From contig CBFHKU010000004.1 of NCBI GenBank assembly GCA_965656495.1, positions 75,392 to 139,391 of the forward strand: a stretch of DNA of 64,000 bases, written 5' to 3'. Positions 51,377-60,062 of the stretch are shown piece by piece. Position 1 is the stretch's first letter; each line of letters opens with the position of its first letter. Made by a program: the position numbers and the translations under genes. Under the pieces are notes generated by a model that worked only from the letters and a program-made list of their open reading frames with translations, made no database searches and had not been told where the DNA came from. Source of the DNA: Coraliomargaritaceae bacterium. Its GTDB lineage: Bacteria; Verrucomicrobiota; Verrucomicrobiia; Opitutales; Coraliomargaritaceae.

Positions 51377-54034
51377 ATGCCCCTCAGCGAAGCCAAAGCA
51401 CATCAAATTTCTTCAAGCCCCATTAAACTTGAGGATTGCTGGGCCAAGACTGATACAGAAACGGGAGAAATAAATTTAACCGTACTCGACCACAGTCTAA
51501 CAGTTGGGGTCGTTGCGGGTGCGCTCTATTGTGCCTCCTTGAATCAAGTTTGCCGACGACTGCCACTTGGTTTCCAGACCTTAATCGCTTCCCACGATAT
51601 TGGTAAACTCACCCCTGGCTTTCAACTCAAGGCCACGAAGTGGATTCACCATGAAAGTTTGTTGAATTTAGTATGTAACAGAAACCTATGTACTAAGCAT
51701 GCAATCATCAGCCAATGGCATCTTTCGCAAAATCCTAGTTTCAATACTAGCACCAAAGGATGGCTCCTTTCGACAGGCGGACACCATGGCAGTTATATAA
51801 GTTCAATCATCCCTCAGATGGCAAGATATGAAGGCGGTGATACAATCTTTAACGGTTTACGTGATCAACTGCTTGAAATCTTGATTGAGACCTTCGGGCC
51901 CTTACCTCACGAATCCGCCGAAGAACAACAGGCAAGAATTCACCTTTTAACAGGCCTCACAATCTTTGCAGATTGGATTGGCTCAAACACAAACTGGTTT
52001 CCACCAAACAAAAGACATAACCTCGAAACGCTCCGCAATACTGCCGAAGATTGCCTTGAGAAGCTCTTTTGGGAAGTTGAGCCTCAAAAGGACTTGAGTT
52101 TCGGGGCGCAGTTCAATCCCGCTAAGCCCAAAGCCTTCCAGCCGCGCAGCATTCAATCCGCACTGCTTGAAGCGGCACAACATCCCGGTCTTTATATCGT
52201 AGAAGCACCGATGGGCATGGGAAAAACGGAAGCAGCCCTCTCTGCAGCCTATCAACTATGGAATAAAAAAGCTGCTCGGGGTTTATACTTTGCCCTTCCC
52301 ACTCAACTGACCTCAGAAAAAATCAACGAGCGCATCTTCAAGTTCCTTGAGAACACCTTTGAATCAACCACCATCCAAACCCTAATCCATGGGAACGCTT
52401 GGCTGAATGAGGAGCAAAGCCGTCGTTTGGTTCACCCTAACACAAAAGAAGATGCTGAGGAAAAGAGCGATACGGATGAAGCGCTTCGTTGGTATAGTAC
52501 AACACGAAAACAACTGCTCGCTCCTTTTGGAGCTGGCACGATTGATCAAGCTCTACTCGCGATTCTCCCGGCTAAATTCGCCGCCCTCCGGTGCTTCGCC
52601 CTGGCGGGTAAAGTCGTGGTCATTGATGAAGTACATTCCTTTGACCCTTATATGTCTGCTTTGATTGATCGACTGGTGCACTACCTCATCGAAACCGGCA
52701 GCACCGTCATCGTTCTCTCCGCAACCCTCACGACACAAAGACGTCGCGAATTGGTTGAGGCCGCAGGTACCAATGAATCGAGTCCGCCCGTAGCATATCC
52801 ACTTATCACTAAAGTTGCCACTGGTGAAACGGGGGCGCAACACTTTGAAATTGCGCATGAATTGCCCGAAAAAACGGTGCACATCAAAAAGCATCGCCTT
52901 CCTGAGAATAACGATCGCTATTGGCAAGAAATCGCCAGCAAGGTCGAGGCCGGAGCCAATGTGGTCGTTATCCGTAACACCGTTGCCCTTGCACAGGAAA
53001 CCTATTGCAAAATCAAAAGCTACCTCCGCGACAGAATTCCATCTGAAAATATCGGTTTGATCCATTCCCGTTTCCCGCATTTGCGACGGCTGGAGAACGA
53101 AAAAAAGTGGACGGAACGATTGGGCAAAGACACCGCCGAGCGTCCTCAAGGATCGCTCCTTGTCTCAACCCAAATCCTTGAACAATCCGTTGATATCGAC
53201 GCCGACCTGCTCGTCACAGATCTCGCCCCCCTCGACCTTATCCTACAACGCATTGGTCGCCTGCATCGACATGAGATAAGCGATCGCCCGAAAGGATTTC
53301 GACAAGCTACCTGCGAAATTCTAATGCCCAACACGAATTGGAAAGGTTCTGCGAAGGAAACTAAAGCTGCCCTATTACCGCACGCTTTTGTTTATCGTGA
53401 AATAACCCTTTGGCGTGCAGCACAATTGCTACACGACATTGATTCAATTAAATTGCCTGGCGAAATTCGCCCCCTGCTTGAAAAGAATAGCGCCTTATTA
53501 CCCGATCCAGAGAAAGAACCGGGCATCTACGCTTTATGGGAAGCATTCAAGGATGAAGTAATCAAGAAAATCGATACCGTGAAGAATCGCGATGTTTTCA
53601 ACGCATTGGCGAATGACGATAAAGAAGGTATTGAGACACGCGACGGCATACAACCCACCGCCCAACTTATTCTCCTGAGAGAATTTCCAAAAGAAAATAA
53701 CAGCAGCAGCGAGTTGGATTTACTCGATGGCGAGTCCGTCCGCATAGATCATAACAATTTCTCATTTGAAGTAGCCAAGACGCTCCAGCAGCACGCCATC
53801 CGTATACCGCGCTACCTCGTCATAGAGCAACTGATCGAGAGTCCCCCTTGGTTAGTCCGATATTGCGGCGATGCAGTTTTGGCCCTCTACCAACCGGATG
53901 TTCCAACCCTGCAATTCCAAAGTGAGACAAGCTCCGGTTACCAACTCAATTTCCGCGAGGATCTCGGGCTGAGCTATCGAAAGGAAGAGATTTCTGCCGA
54001 ATTTATTTCACAAGAAGATGATTACTGGAATTGA
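51377..54034 (+). CDS. cas3: Cas3 HD nuclease-helicase
   Basis: WAKT, DHS, SHDIGK, GHHG, FADWIGS, APMGMGKTEAA, DEVH, LSATL, QRIGRLHRH. Confidence 0.98.
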   Translation: MPLSEAKAHQISSSPIKLEDCWAKTDTETGEINLTVLDHSLTVGVVAGALYCASLNQVCRRLPLGFQTLIASHDIGKLTPGFQLKATKWIHHESLLNLVCNRNLCTKHAIISQWHLSQNPSFNTSTKGWLLSTGGHHGSYISSIIPQMARYEGGDTIFNGLRDQLLEILIETFGPLPHESAEEQQARIHLLTGLTIFADWIGSNTNWFPPNKRHNLETLRNTAEDCLEKLFWEVEPQKDLSFGAQFNPAKPKAFQPRSIQSALLEAAQHPGLYIVEAPMGMGKTEAALSAAYQLWNKKAARGLYFALPTQLTSEKINERIFKFLENTFESTTIQTLIHGNAWLNEEQSRRLVHPNTKEDAEEKSDTDEALRWYSTTRKQLLAPFGAGTIDQALLAILPAKFAALRCFALAGKVVVIDEVHSFDPYMSALIDRLVHYLIETGSTVIVLSATLTTQRRRELVEAAGTNESSPPVAYPLITKVATGETGAQHFEIAHELPEKTVHIKKHRLPENNDRYWQEIASKVEAGANVVVIRNTVALAQETYCKIKSYLRDRIPSENIGLIHSRFPHLRRLENEKKWTERLGKDTAERPQGSLLVSTQILEQSVDIDADLLVTDLAPLDLILQRIGRLHRHEISDRPKGFRQATCEILMPNTNWKGSAKETKAALLPHAFVYREITLWRAAQLLHDIDSIKLPGEIRPLLEKNSALLPDPEKEPGIYALWEAFKDEVIKKIDTVKNRDVFNALANDDKEGIETRDGIQPTAQLILLREFPKENNSSSELDLLDGESVRIDHNNFSFEVAKTLQQHAIRIPRYLVIEQLIESPPWLVRYCGDAVLALYQPDVPTLQFQSETSSGYQLNFREDLGLSYRKEEISAEFISQEDDYWN

Positions 54035-54105
54035 TCCCCACGTATGTGGGGAAACCAAAAATTTTTCTACGAAAAACGGTTCATCCCAATATTGTATCGG
54101 GCGCT
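54028..54105 (-). CRISPR. Mini-CRISPR (pseudo-repeat, 20-nt spacer, pseudo-repeat), CreA/CreR-like
   Basis: Minus strand: agcg-cccgata-caa-tattggg-ATGAACCG | tttttcgtagaaaaattttt | ggtttccccacatacgtggggatcaattc (20/29 identical to the array repeat). Confidence 0.85.
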
Positions 54106-54142
54106 ACTTATCATTTCTATTTAATCTATCATTTCAATGCCT

Positions 54143-54162
54143 AATTTTTCTACAAAAGACTT
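54143..54162 (-). promoter_or_regulatory. Predicted Cascade target of the mini-CRISPR spacer, with AAG PAM
   Basis: Minus strand AAG-tcttttgtagaaaaatt matches spacer positions 1-17 at 15/17; mismatches at 2 (U:G) and 6. Confidence 0.8.
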
Positions 54163-54233
54163 AACTTTTTAGCTTTACAAACCCAATATATTAATTTTAA
54201 AAAATGCCATCAAACATTACATTTGATAGCATT

Positions 54234-54305
54234 GGACTCAGTGATGCTTGGGCATCTCTTGAAACTGTCTATTTTAAGGTTGAGGTTCGACTCCTCCTGA
54301 GTCCA
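54234..54305 (+). ncRNA. Non-canonical tRNA-like cloverleaf RNA (8/4 fold)
   Basis: Acceptor ggactcag/ctgagtcc; D arm gatgc-ttgg-gcatc; cttgaaa-ctGTCta-ttttaag; T arm gagg-TTCGACT-cctc. Confidence 0.75.
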
Positions 54306-54321
54306 ACAAATTTTTAGCCAA

Positions 54322-55794
54322 ATGAATAATTTTAACATTTTAGAATATAAATTCATCCCAGTCCGTTATATTAAACATAGCGGGAATAAGAATCCATTTT
54401 TAGTCTCGCTGACGGATGCATTTATTCGATGCGAAGAAATCGCGGATCTAGACTGCGCCCCACATGAACGTATCGCCCTGCTACGTTTATTGATCTGTAT
54501 CGCACATGCCGCCCTAGGAGCGCCCAAATCACCCGATCACTGGGACGACTTTGGCGAAGATCTGGAGGAAAAAATCACCGCCTATTTGAAGCGACCTGAG
54601 ATAAGCCAGCATTTTAATCTACTTGGTGACGGCGCACGCTTCCTGCAGGAAGATGTCCCCTCTAATGGAGAGGTAACACCGCTTTCAAAACTAACCCCAT
54701 ATCTCGCCACCGGTAATAATCCAACATCCAGCGATCACTTTGGGATAAGCCCCCATCGGAAATTTACGCCGGCTCAGGCAATCCTTGCTCTCTTAGCCTT
54801 CCAAAACTTTTACCCTCTTTATGGAGCGGGCTACAAAGGGCGCGGTCCATGCGCTGACGGCAATGCGATTCACACCTTTCTTCATGGCAAAAACCTTAAA
54901 GCAATTCTCCTCCTTAATTTATTGGACCATCAGACGATTCAGGAATTCGCCCCGAATGGCATCGGTAAACCCATCTGGGAGTGCAAGTCAGATGAAGAAT
55001 TGGAAGCATCGACACGCACCTACCTTGGTCGACTGGTTCCAAGGCACCGCTCGCTCAAACTCACCGACAATCTTTCGGGCTTCTATCACCGCAAGAAAAG
55101 CCTCCTTTATTCCTCATGGGAGCCTTACCGCGAACCCACCTCAACTGGCATTCTAAATCATAAAAAAGAACGACGGTTGCTTTCCGCACGCTTGGATCGG
55201 GGCATCTGGCGCGACCTGCACTGCATCATTGCTCTCAAAAAAAATATCCAAACTGAAGGCGTGGAAGTTGCACCTATCCTTCGCAGTCACATGCTAGCCT
55301 TTGATGCCGGCGAGTGTAAGCTTTGGACCGGTGCGCTGATTACCGATTTCAAAGCAAAAATTCTCGATACGGTCGAATCTACTTTCACGATCAACCATCA
55401 AATGTTCAGCGTACATGGTTATATGACCTACCTGAGCGGTCTGGATCTTGCCGAAATAATTTCCACCAAACTCTATGGAGCTATAAGGGTATATTGGTCT
55501 GCCCTTAAACATGAAACCCCACCAACAAAAGAAGGACAGAAGCATTACTGGAACTGCCTCGATCAAGACCATCGCATTCTGATTCAACTCGCGGGCAATC
55601 CCGAATCGCCTCCGGGAAAAGCTGATTTTGGTCAAGCTAGTGCGGAAGATGAATGGACTAAACTTGTTCGCGGTGCCGCAAAGAGGGCCTACGAGTCCGT
55701 CTGTCCCCGCACCACACCGCGTCAGTTAAAGGCTTATGCTGCGGGACTTAGCACACTCAATCGCGCTCTCTTTCAAAAAAAGGAAGCGAAATAA
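54322..55794 (+). CDS. cas8e: Type I-E Cascade large subunit Cas8e (Cse1/CasA)
   Basis: FNIL..KFIPV, ALLRLLICI, FNLLGDGARFLQ, IWRDL; first gene of the Cascade operon. Confidence 0.9.
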   Translation: MNNFNILEYKFIPVRYIKHSGNKNPFLVSLTDAFIRCEEIADLDCAPHERIALLRLLICIAHAALGAPKSPDHWDDFGEDLEEKITAYLKRPEISQHFNLLGDGARFLQEDVPSNGEVTPLSKLTPYLATGNNPTSSDHFGISPHRKFTPAQAILALLAFQNFYPLYGAGYKGRGPCADGNAIHTFLHGKNLKAILLLNLLDHQTIQEFAPNGIGKPIWECKSDEELEASTRTYLGRLVPRHRSLKLTDNLSGFYHRKKSLLYSSWEPYREPTSTGILNHKKERRLLSARLDRGIWRDLHCIIALKKNIQTEGVEVAPILRSHMLAFDAGECKLWTGALITDFKAKILDTVESTFTINHQMFSVHGYMTYLSGLDLAEIISTKLYGAIRVYWSALKHETPPTKEGQKHYWNCLDQDHRILIQLAGNPESPPGKADFGQASAEDEWTKLVRGAAKRAYESVCPRTTPRQLKAYAAGLSTLNRALFQKKEAK

Positions 55795-55812
55795 AAATTA
55801 AATCCAAAAACC

Positions 55813-56331
55813 ATGACCTCTGATAAAAAATATAAGGATTCTTTCGTAAAGCAGCTCCTGCCCTATGCGAGTGATCATAAACGTGGAGAACGCGCGGCGC
55901 TACGCCGTTATTGGAGTGAAGCCTCCCGAGCCCATGCCTTCCCGATTCTAGGGAATTTGGGCGCATTGGGCGATGAGCGAAAAACTATTCTCGCGGCGCT
56001 CTTTGCGATCCATCCACTTCATAAGAAAAGCAAAATGGGTTCCATTGGCCGCGCCGCCAATCAGCTGGGCAAAACCAAAGAGGGCGACCATCCCTATGAG
56101 CGTCATTTTAAACGCCTCCTCGCCTGCGAAACTTTGAGTGACTTGGCTCCCAATCTTTATCGCCTATGCAAGCGATTGGACCGCGATAAAATCCCGCTCG
56201 ATTACGAATTATTGCACAAAGATCTAAACTTTTGGGCAAATGATAGCGAGCGTGTTAAAACCGACTGGGCAAAAGATTTCTGGCAACCCTACCTGATTGA
56301 AGAAACCCAGAAACAGGAGGAATCAGCATGA
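55813..56331 (+). CDS. cas11: Type I-E small subunit Cas11 (Cse2/CasB)
   Basis: GERAALRR, ERHFKRLL, LDYELLHKDLNFW, WAKDFW. Confidence 0.9.
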   Translation: MTSDKKYKDSFVKQLLPYASDHKRGERAALRRYWSEASRAHAFPILGNLGALGDERKTILAALFAIHPLHKKSKMGSIGRAANQLGKTKEGDHPYERHFKRLLACETLSDLAPNLYRLCKRLDRDKIPLDYELLHKDLNFWANDSERVKTDWAKDFWQPYLIEETQKQEESA

Positions 56332-56969
56332 TTTTGACCCGCGCAGAAATCCCTTACGACATTGTGGCTCGGAAGTGGAAGAAAAATGGATTCCGCGACA
56401 GCTACGCATGGCACAAAAGAATCTGGGAAGCTTTTCCGGGGAAACCCGATGCAAAACGTGATTTCCTCAGCCGACTTGATGATACCGGCGAGTGTTATCG
56501 CCTCCTCATTCTTTCCCCCGAACCTCCTACCCGCCCCGATTGGTGCCCCAGCCCAAACTGGGAATCTAAAACAATAAGTGAGGACTTCCTGGGGCATACC
56601 CATTATCGGTTCTCACTACTCGCCAACCCAACACGCAAACTTATGGTGACGAACGACGACGGAATCAGAAAGAAAAACGGCCGCCGTGAACCCTTACGGA
56701 AGCGGGAAGATTTAATTGAATGGCTTAAAAAGAAAAGTGTTCAACACGGCTTCAAGGTCGATCTGCCAACCCTCAAAACGCTTCCACGACCGCGACAAAA
56801 TTTCTCTGTCATAAAAAAGAAAATTACCGGCACACACTCCGCCGTCGAATACAGCGGCACTCTCGCCGTAACCGATCCCGTATCTTTCAAAGAAGCAGTC
56901 GCCAAAGGCATTGGGCCCGCCAAAGCCTTTGGCTTTGGAATGCTCTGCCTTCATCCAATCACAGAATAA
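56328..56969 (+). CDS. cas6e: Cas6e (Cse3/CasE)
   Basis: YAWHKRIWEAF, YRFSLLANPT, GIGPAKAFGFGML. Confidence 0.96.
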   Translation: MILTRAEIPYDIVARKWKKNGFRDSYAWHKRIWEAFPGKPDAKRDFLSRLDDTGECYRLLILSPEPPTRPDWCPSPNWESKTISEDFLGHTHYRFSLLANPTRKLMVTNDDGIRKKNGRREPLRKREDLIEWLKKKSVQHGFKVDLPTLKTLPRPRQNFSVIKKKITGTHSAVEYSGTLAVTDPVSFKEAVAKGIGPAKAFGFGMLCLHPITE

Positions 56970-56995
56970 ATCCGTAAAACTAAATAGATATAAAC

Positions 56996-58075
56996 ATGAA
57001 ACTCATCGAACTCCATATCCTCCAGTCCTTCCCGGTCTCCTGTCTCAATCGTGACGACATCGGATCCCCCAAGTCCGCTCTCTTCGGCGGCGTCAAACGA
57101 GCCCGTATCTCAAGCCAGTGCCTTAAACGTGCCAGCCGCCTTAGCGCCCATGAAAACCATCCCTCTTTTGAAGGCATCCGCTCCCGTCATCTGCTTTTGC
57201 CTTTTAAAGAGGCACTCACAAAAGCCGGCCAGGATGAAGCATCTGCAAATAAAAACGCAGAACTATTGTGTGCATTATTCAGCAAAAAGGACACCAAGCA
57301 CCCAGAGCAAGTGACGACTGCAGTCTACCTTTCCCCGCAAGAAATTGAGCAAATTGCACAGACAATTTTTAATGAAACAAATACCGAAGAATATCAAAAT
57401 TTAGAGGACGAAAAGGAGGCCAAAAAACTGGCTTCAATCATGAAGTCTGCCATCAAAAACGCGACTCGTTGCGATGCTGCTGACATTGCCCTTTTCGGTC
57501 GGATGATCGCCAATGACCCAAGACTGAACATAGAAGGTGCAGGCATGTTTTCACATGCACTTTCCACTCATAAAGCAGATATTGAAGTTGATTTCTTCTC
57601 CGCAGTGGACGACCGCAAAGCCGACGCCGACGATGCCGGTGCGGGCATGATAGGAACGCTCGAATACAACTCTGCAACCTATTACCGCTACATCGCGGTG
57701 AATCTTGATTTATTGGCAAGTGAAAGTCATCTTGGTGGACTCAGTGAAGCAGAGCGCAAAGACATCTTGGCAGCCTTTATTCGTGCGGCCCTTACCGCAG
57801 TGCCTTCTGCCCGCAAAAACTCTATGAATGCAAGCACGCTCCCGCATGAAGTACTGGGCATTCGAAAATCCGAAGGACAACCGCTCCAACTCGTGAACGC
57901 CTTTGAAGCGCCTGTTTGTGCTACCGGCAAAGGTCTTACTCAAGCTTCGCTTGAAGCAATGAACACCCATTTGGAAAAGATTGAAGGCATTTGGGGCGAG
58001 CAGGGTCATAAGTACTTTTTGACGGAGACCGAAGGCGGCCTTGAAGGCTTCATTGAAAAACTTCTGGAGGACTAA
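56996..58075 (+). CDS. cas7: Cas7 (Cse4/CasC)
   Basis: CLNRDDIGSPK, RARISSQCLKR, DIALFGRM, DFFSAVDD, YYRY. Confidence 0.97.
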   Translation: MKLIELHILQSFPVSCLNRDDIGSPKSALFGGVKRARISSQCLKRASRLSAHENHPSFEGIRSRHLLLPFKEALTKAGQDEASANKNAELLCALFSKKDTKHPEQVTTAVYLSPQEIEQIAQTIFNETNTEEYQNLEDEKEAKKLASIMKSAIKNATRCDAADIALFGRMIANDPRLNIEGAGMFSHALSTHKADIEVDFFSAVDDRKADADDAGAGMIGTLEYNSATYYRYIAVNLDLLASESHLGGLSEAERKDILAAFIRAALTAVPSARKNSMNASTLPHEVLGIRKSEGQPLQLVNAFEAPVCATGKGLTQASLEAMNTHLEKIEGIWGEQGHKYFLTETEGGLEGFIEKLLED

Positions 58076-58079
58076 ACTT

Positions 58080-58784
58080 ATGCCTGCCCTCACTTTCTAT
58101 ATCGACGCGCCCCTTCAGTCATGGGGCGCGTCCTCCAAGTTCCAAAACCGGGAAACCAATAGTTTCCCTACAAAAAGTGCCTTAATTGGAATCCTCGCCG
58201 CAGCACTCGGAATTGATAAATGGGATTCAGATGAGGCAGAAAAACTGCAAGTGCTTACCGCGCTTAAACTGACTGTAGTAAAGCTGTTTAAAGAGAAAGC
58301 CCCTATTACCCGTCTTTCTGATTTTCACACCATTGGTGGCGGTTACGATAAAGTGCTGCAAAAAATGCATATCTCAAGCAAGGCTTCAGGTGGTTCATTT
58401 GGAACTGTTATTACCCGTCGTTCTTACCTCAATGACGCTCGCTTTATTGCACTTTTTGAAGGCGAGCAGTCCCTTCTGGAAAAAATTCAAATCGCCCTAC
58501 TCAACCCAACTTGGGGTCTCTGGTTTGGTCGAAAGCATTGCCTTCCTGCAAGCCCCCTGAGCCCAACTCTCGCCGACGATCCTCAAACGGCATTGGATGC
58601 CTTGCTTGACCTTTTGCCGGATTATTTGCCCGCACCGCTTCAATCTTTGGAATACCAGAGGGAAAGTGACGAGGGTGTCTTTTTTCAAAGCGACCAGCCC
58701 GTTGCTTTTGGGCAACACCACGGCGCGGTTCCTCAACCCTACACCGCCCGCGGAATAGTTCATCACCGTCCCGATGCCTCATAA
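58080..58784 (+). CDS. cas5: Cas5e (CasD)
   Basis: APLQSWG, PTKSALIGILAAALG, DFHT, YLNDARF, FGRKHCLP. Confidence 0.96.
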   Translation: MPALTFYIDAPLQSWGASSKFQNRETNSFPTKSALIGILAAALGIDKWDSDEAEKLQVLTALKLTVVKLFKEKAPITRLSDFHTIGGGYDKVLQKMHISSKASGGSFGTVITRRSYLNDARFIALFEGEQSLLEKIQIALLNPTWGLWFGRKHCLPASPLSPTLADDPQTALDALLDLLPDYLPAPLQSLEYQRESDEGVFFQSDQPVAFGQHHGAVPQPYTARGIVHHRPDAS

Positions 58785-59674
58785 TGCCACTTTTTCAACG
58801 GCCTCCCCTCGATGCGCTCACCCCTGCTAAAGATCGCTGGACACCTATATATCTGGAACATGGACGCGTTGAAGTCGATGATGCCGCCATTAAATGGGTC
58901 GGCAGCGACGGCTCCGTATGCCCAATCCCAATTGCCACCGTCTCAGCCCTCATTCTCGGTCCGGGCACAACCGTCACACACGCTGCAATAAAAGCAGCGG
59001 CACAATGCAATTGCCCCTTATTTTGGCTCGGTGAAGACGGTCTTCGTTTCTACGCCTTCGGCATAACTCCCAACCATGATAATTCCATGGCTCGCATTCA
59101 TGCCCAGGCATGGGCTGCTCCACGCAAGAAAAATGAGATTGCCCGACGAATGTTCCGCTACCGTTTCCCGGACACACCTACCAGCGGAATCTCCATAGAA
59201 CAATTACGTGGCATGGAAGGTAAACGCGTGAAACGCATTTATGAGGAATTAGGCAAACAATACGGTGTCACTTGGAAAGGACGTAATTACTCACCTTCAA
59301 ACTGGAATTTTGCCGACAATATCAACCGCGCACTCTCCGCCGCCACCGCCTCACACTACGCCCTTGTCGCCGCAATTTGTTGTTCCATGGGCTTTATCCC
59401 ACAACTGGGTTTTATACACAAAGCCGGTACCCTGCCTTTCATTTACGATGTCGCTGATCTTTATAAACATGAGACTTCATGGCCCGCCGCCTTTGAAGCG
59501 ATCTCAATCGATCCAAAGGATGACGGCACCCTCGTCAGAAAAATCCTCAAGCGCAATGTCGAGCAATCCAGAATGCTCCTGAAGGCTCCAAAGGAATTAA
59601 AAGCACTATTTGAAAACCTGAAAACCCTTCAGGAACCCACACCACATCCACTTCAACCTAAAGCCCCTATTTAA
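58784..59674 (+). CDS. cas1: Type I-E Cas1
   Basis: LGPGTTVTHAA, LRGMEGKRVK, LGFIH, FIYDVADLYK. Confidence 0.98.
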   Translation: MPLFQRPPLDALTPAKDRWTPIYLEHGRVEVDDAAIKWVGSDGSVCPIPIATVSALILGPGTTVTHAAIKAAAQCNCPLFWLGEDGLRFYAFGITPNHDNSMARIHAQAWAAPRKKNEIARRMFRYRFPDTPTSGISIEQLRGMEGKRVKRIYEELGKQYGVTWKGRNYSPSNWNFADNINRALSAATASHYALVAAICCSMGFIPQLGFIHKAGTLPFIYDVADLYKHETSWPAAFEAISIDPKDDGTLVRKILKRNVEQSRMLLKAPKELKALFENLKTLQEPTPHPLQPKAPI

Positions 59675-59675
59675 G

Positions 59676-59960
59676 TTGACCATAATCGTTGCCAATGATG
59701 TGCCTCCTGCAATACGAGGTCATTTAAAACGCTGGTTCATTGAGCCCAGAGCTAACATCTTTGTGGGCACACTCAATATACGCACACATAAAAAAGTCAT
59801 ACAATTTATCACTCGAAACGCTCCACCTGACTTTGGGTTTCTCAGCATCTCCTCATACCCGAACTGTCAGGGTTATAAAATTGAACGCTTTGGTCCACAG
59901 GGCGTATCCGGACGAAAAGAATCCGTGCTATCTGGAATCTTTCTAGTTGAAGATAACTAA
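59676..59960 (+). CDS. cas2: Type I-E Cas2
   Basis: PPAIRGHLKRWFIEPRANIFVG, QGY; TTG start. Confidence 0.93.
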   Translation: MTIIVANDVPPAIRGHLKRWFIEPRANIFVGTLNIRTHKKVIQFITRNAPPDFGFLSISSYPNCQGYKIERFGPQGVSGRKESVLSGIFLVEDN

Positions 59961-60062
59961 TCGCTTAATCAGTAATAGGTCGTGTTCAACTTGCTTTTTG
60001 CAACCCCTGCATACCTGGCTTTTAAATAGGCTCAAGTTCCATAAGTTGTTGCTATTACGAGA
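59961..60062 (+). promoter_or_regulatory. CRISPR leader
   Basis: AT-richer non-coding 102 bp between cas2 and the first repeat. Confidence 0.75.

Noticed and set aside
54031..54080. Plus-strand reading of the mini-array
   Set aside because: The palindrome allows it, but the handle is poor, there is no second repeat and the target flank would be CCT. The minus strand gives an exact handle, two repeats and AAG.
54234..54305. Calling the cloverleaf tRNA-Sec, tRNA-Pyl or a normal tRNA-Asp
   Set aside because: No TCA or CTA at the anticodon position and no long variable arm; the 8/4 geometry, U37 and A discriminator do not fit tRNA-Asp.
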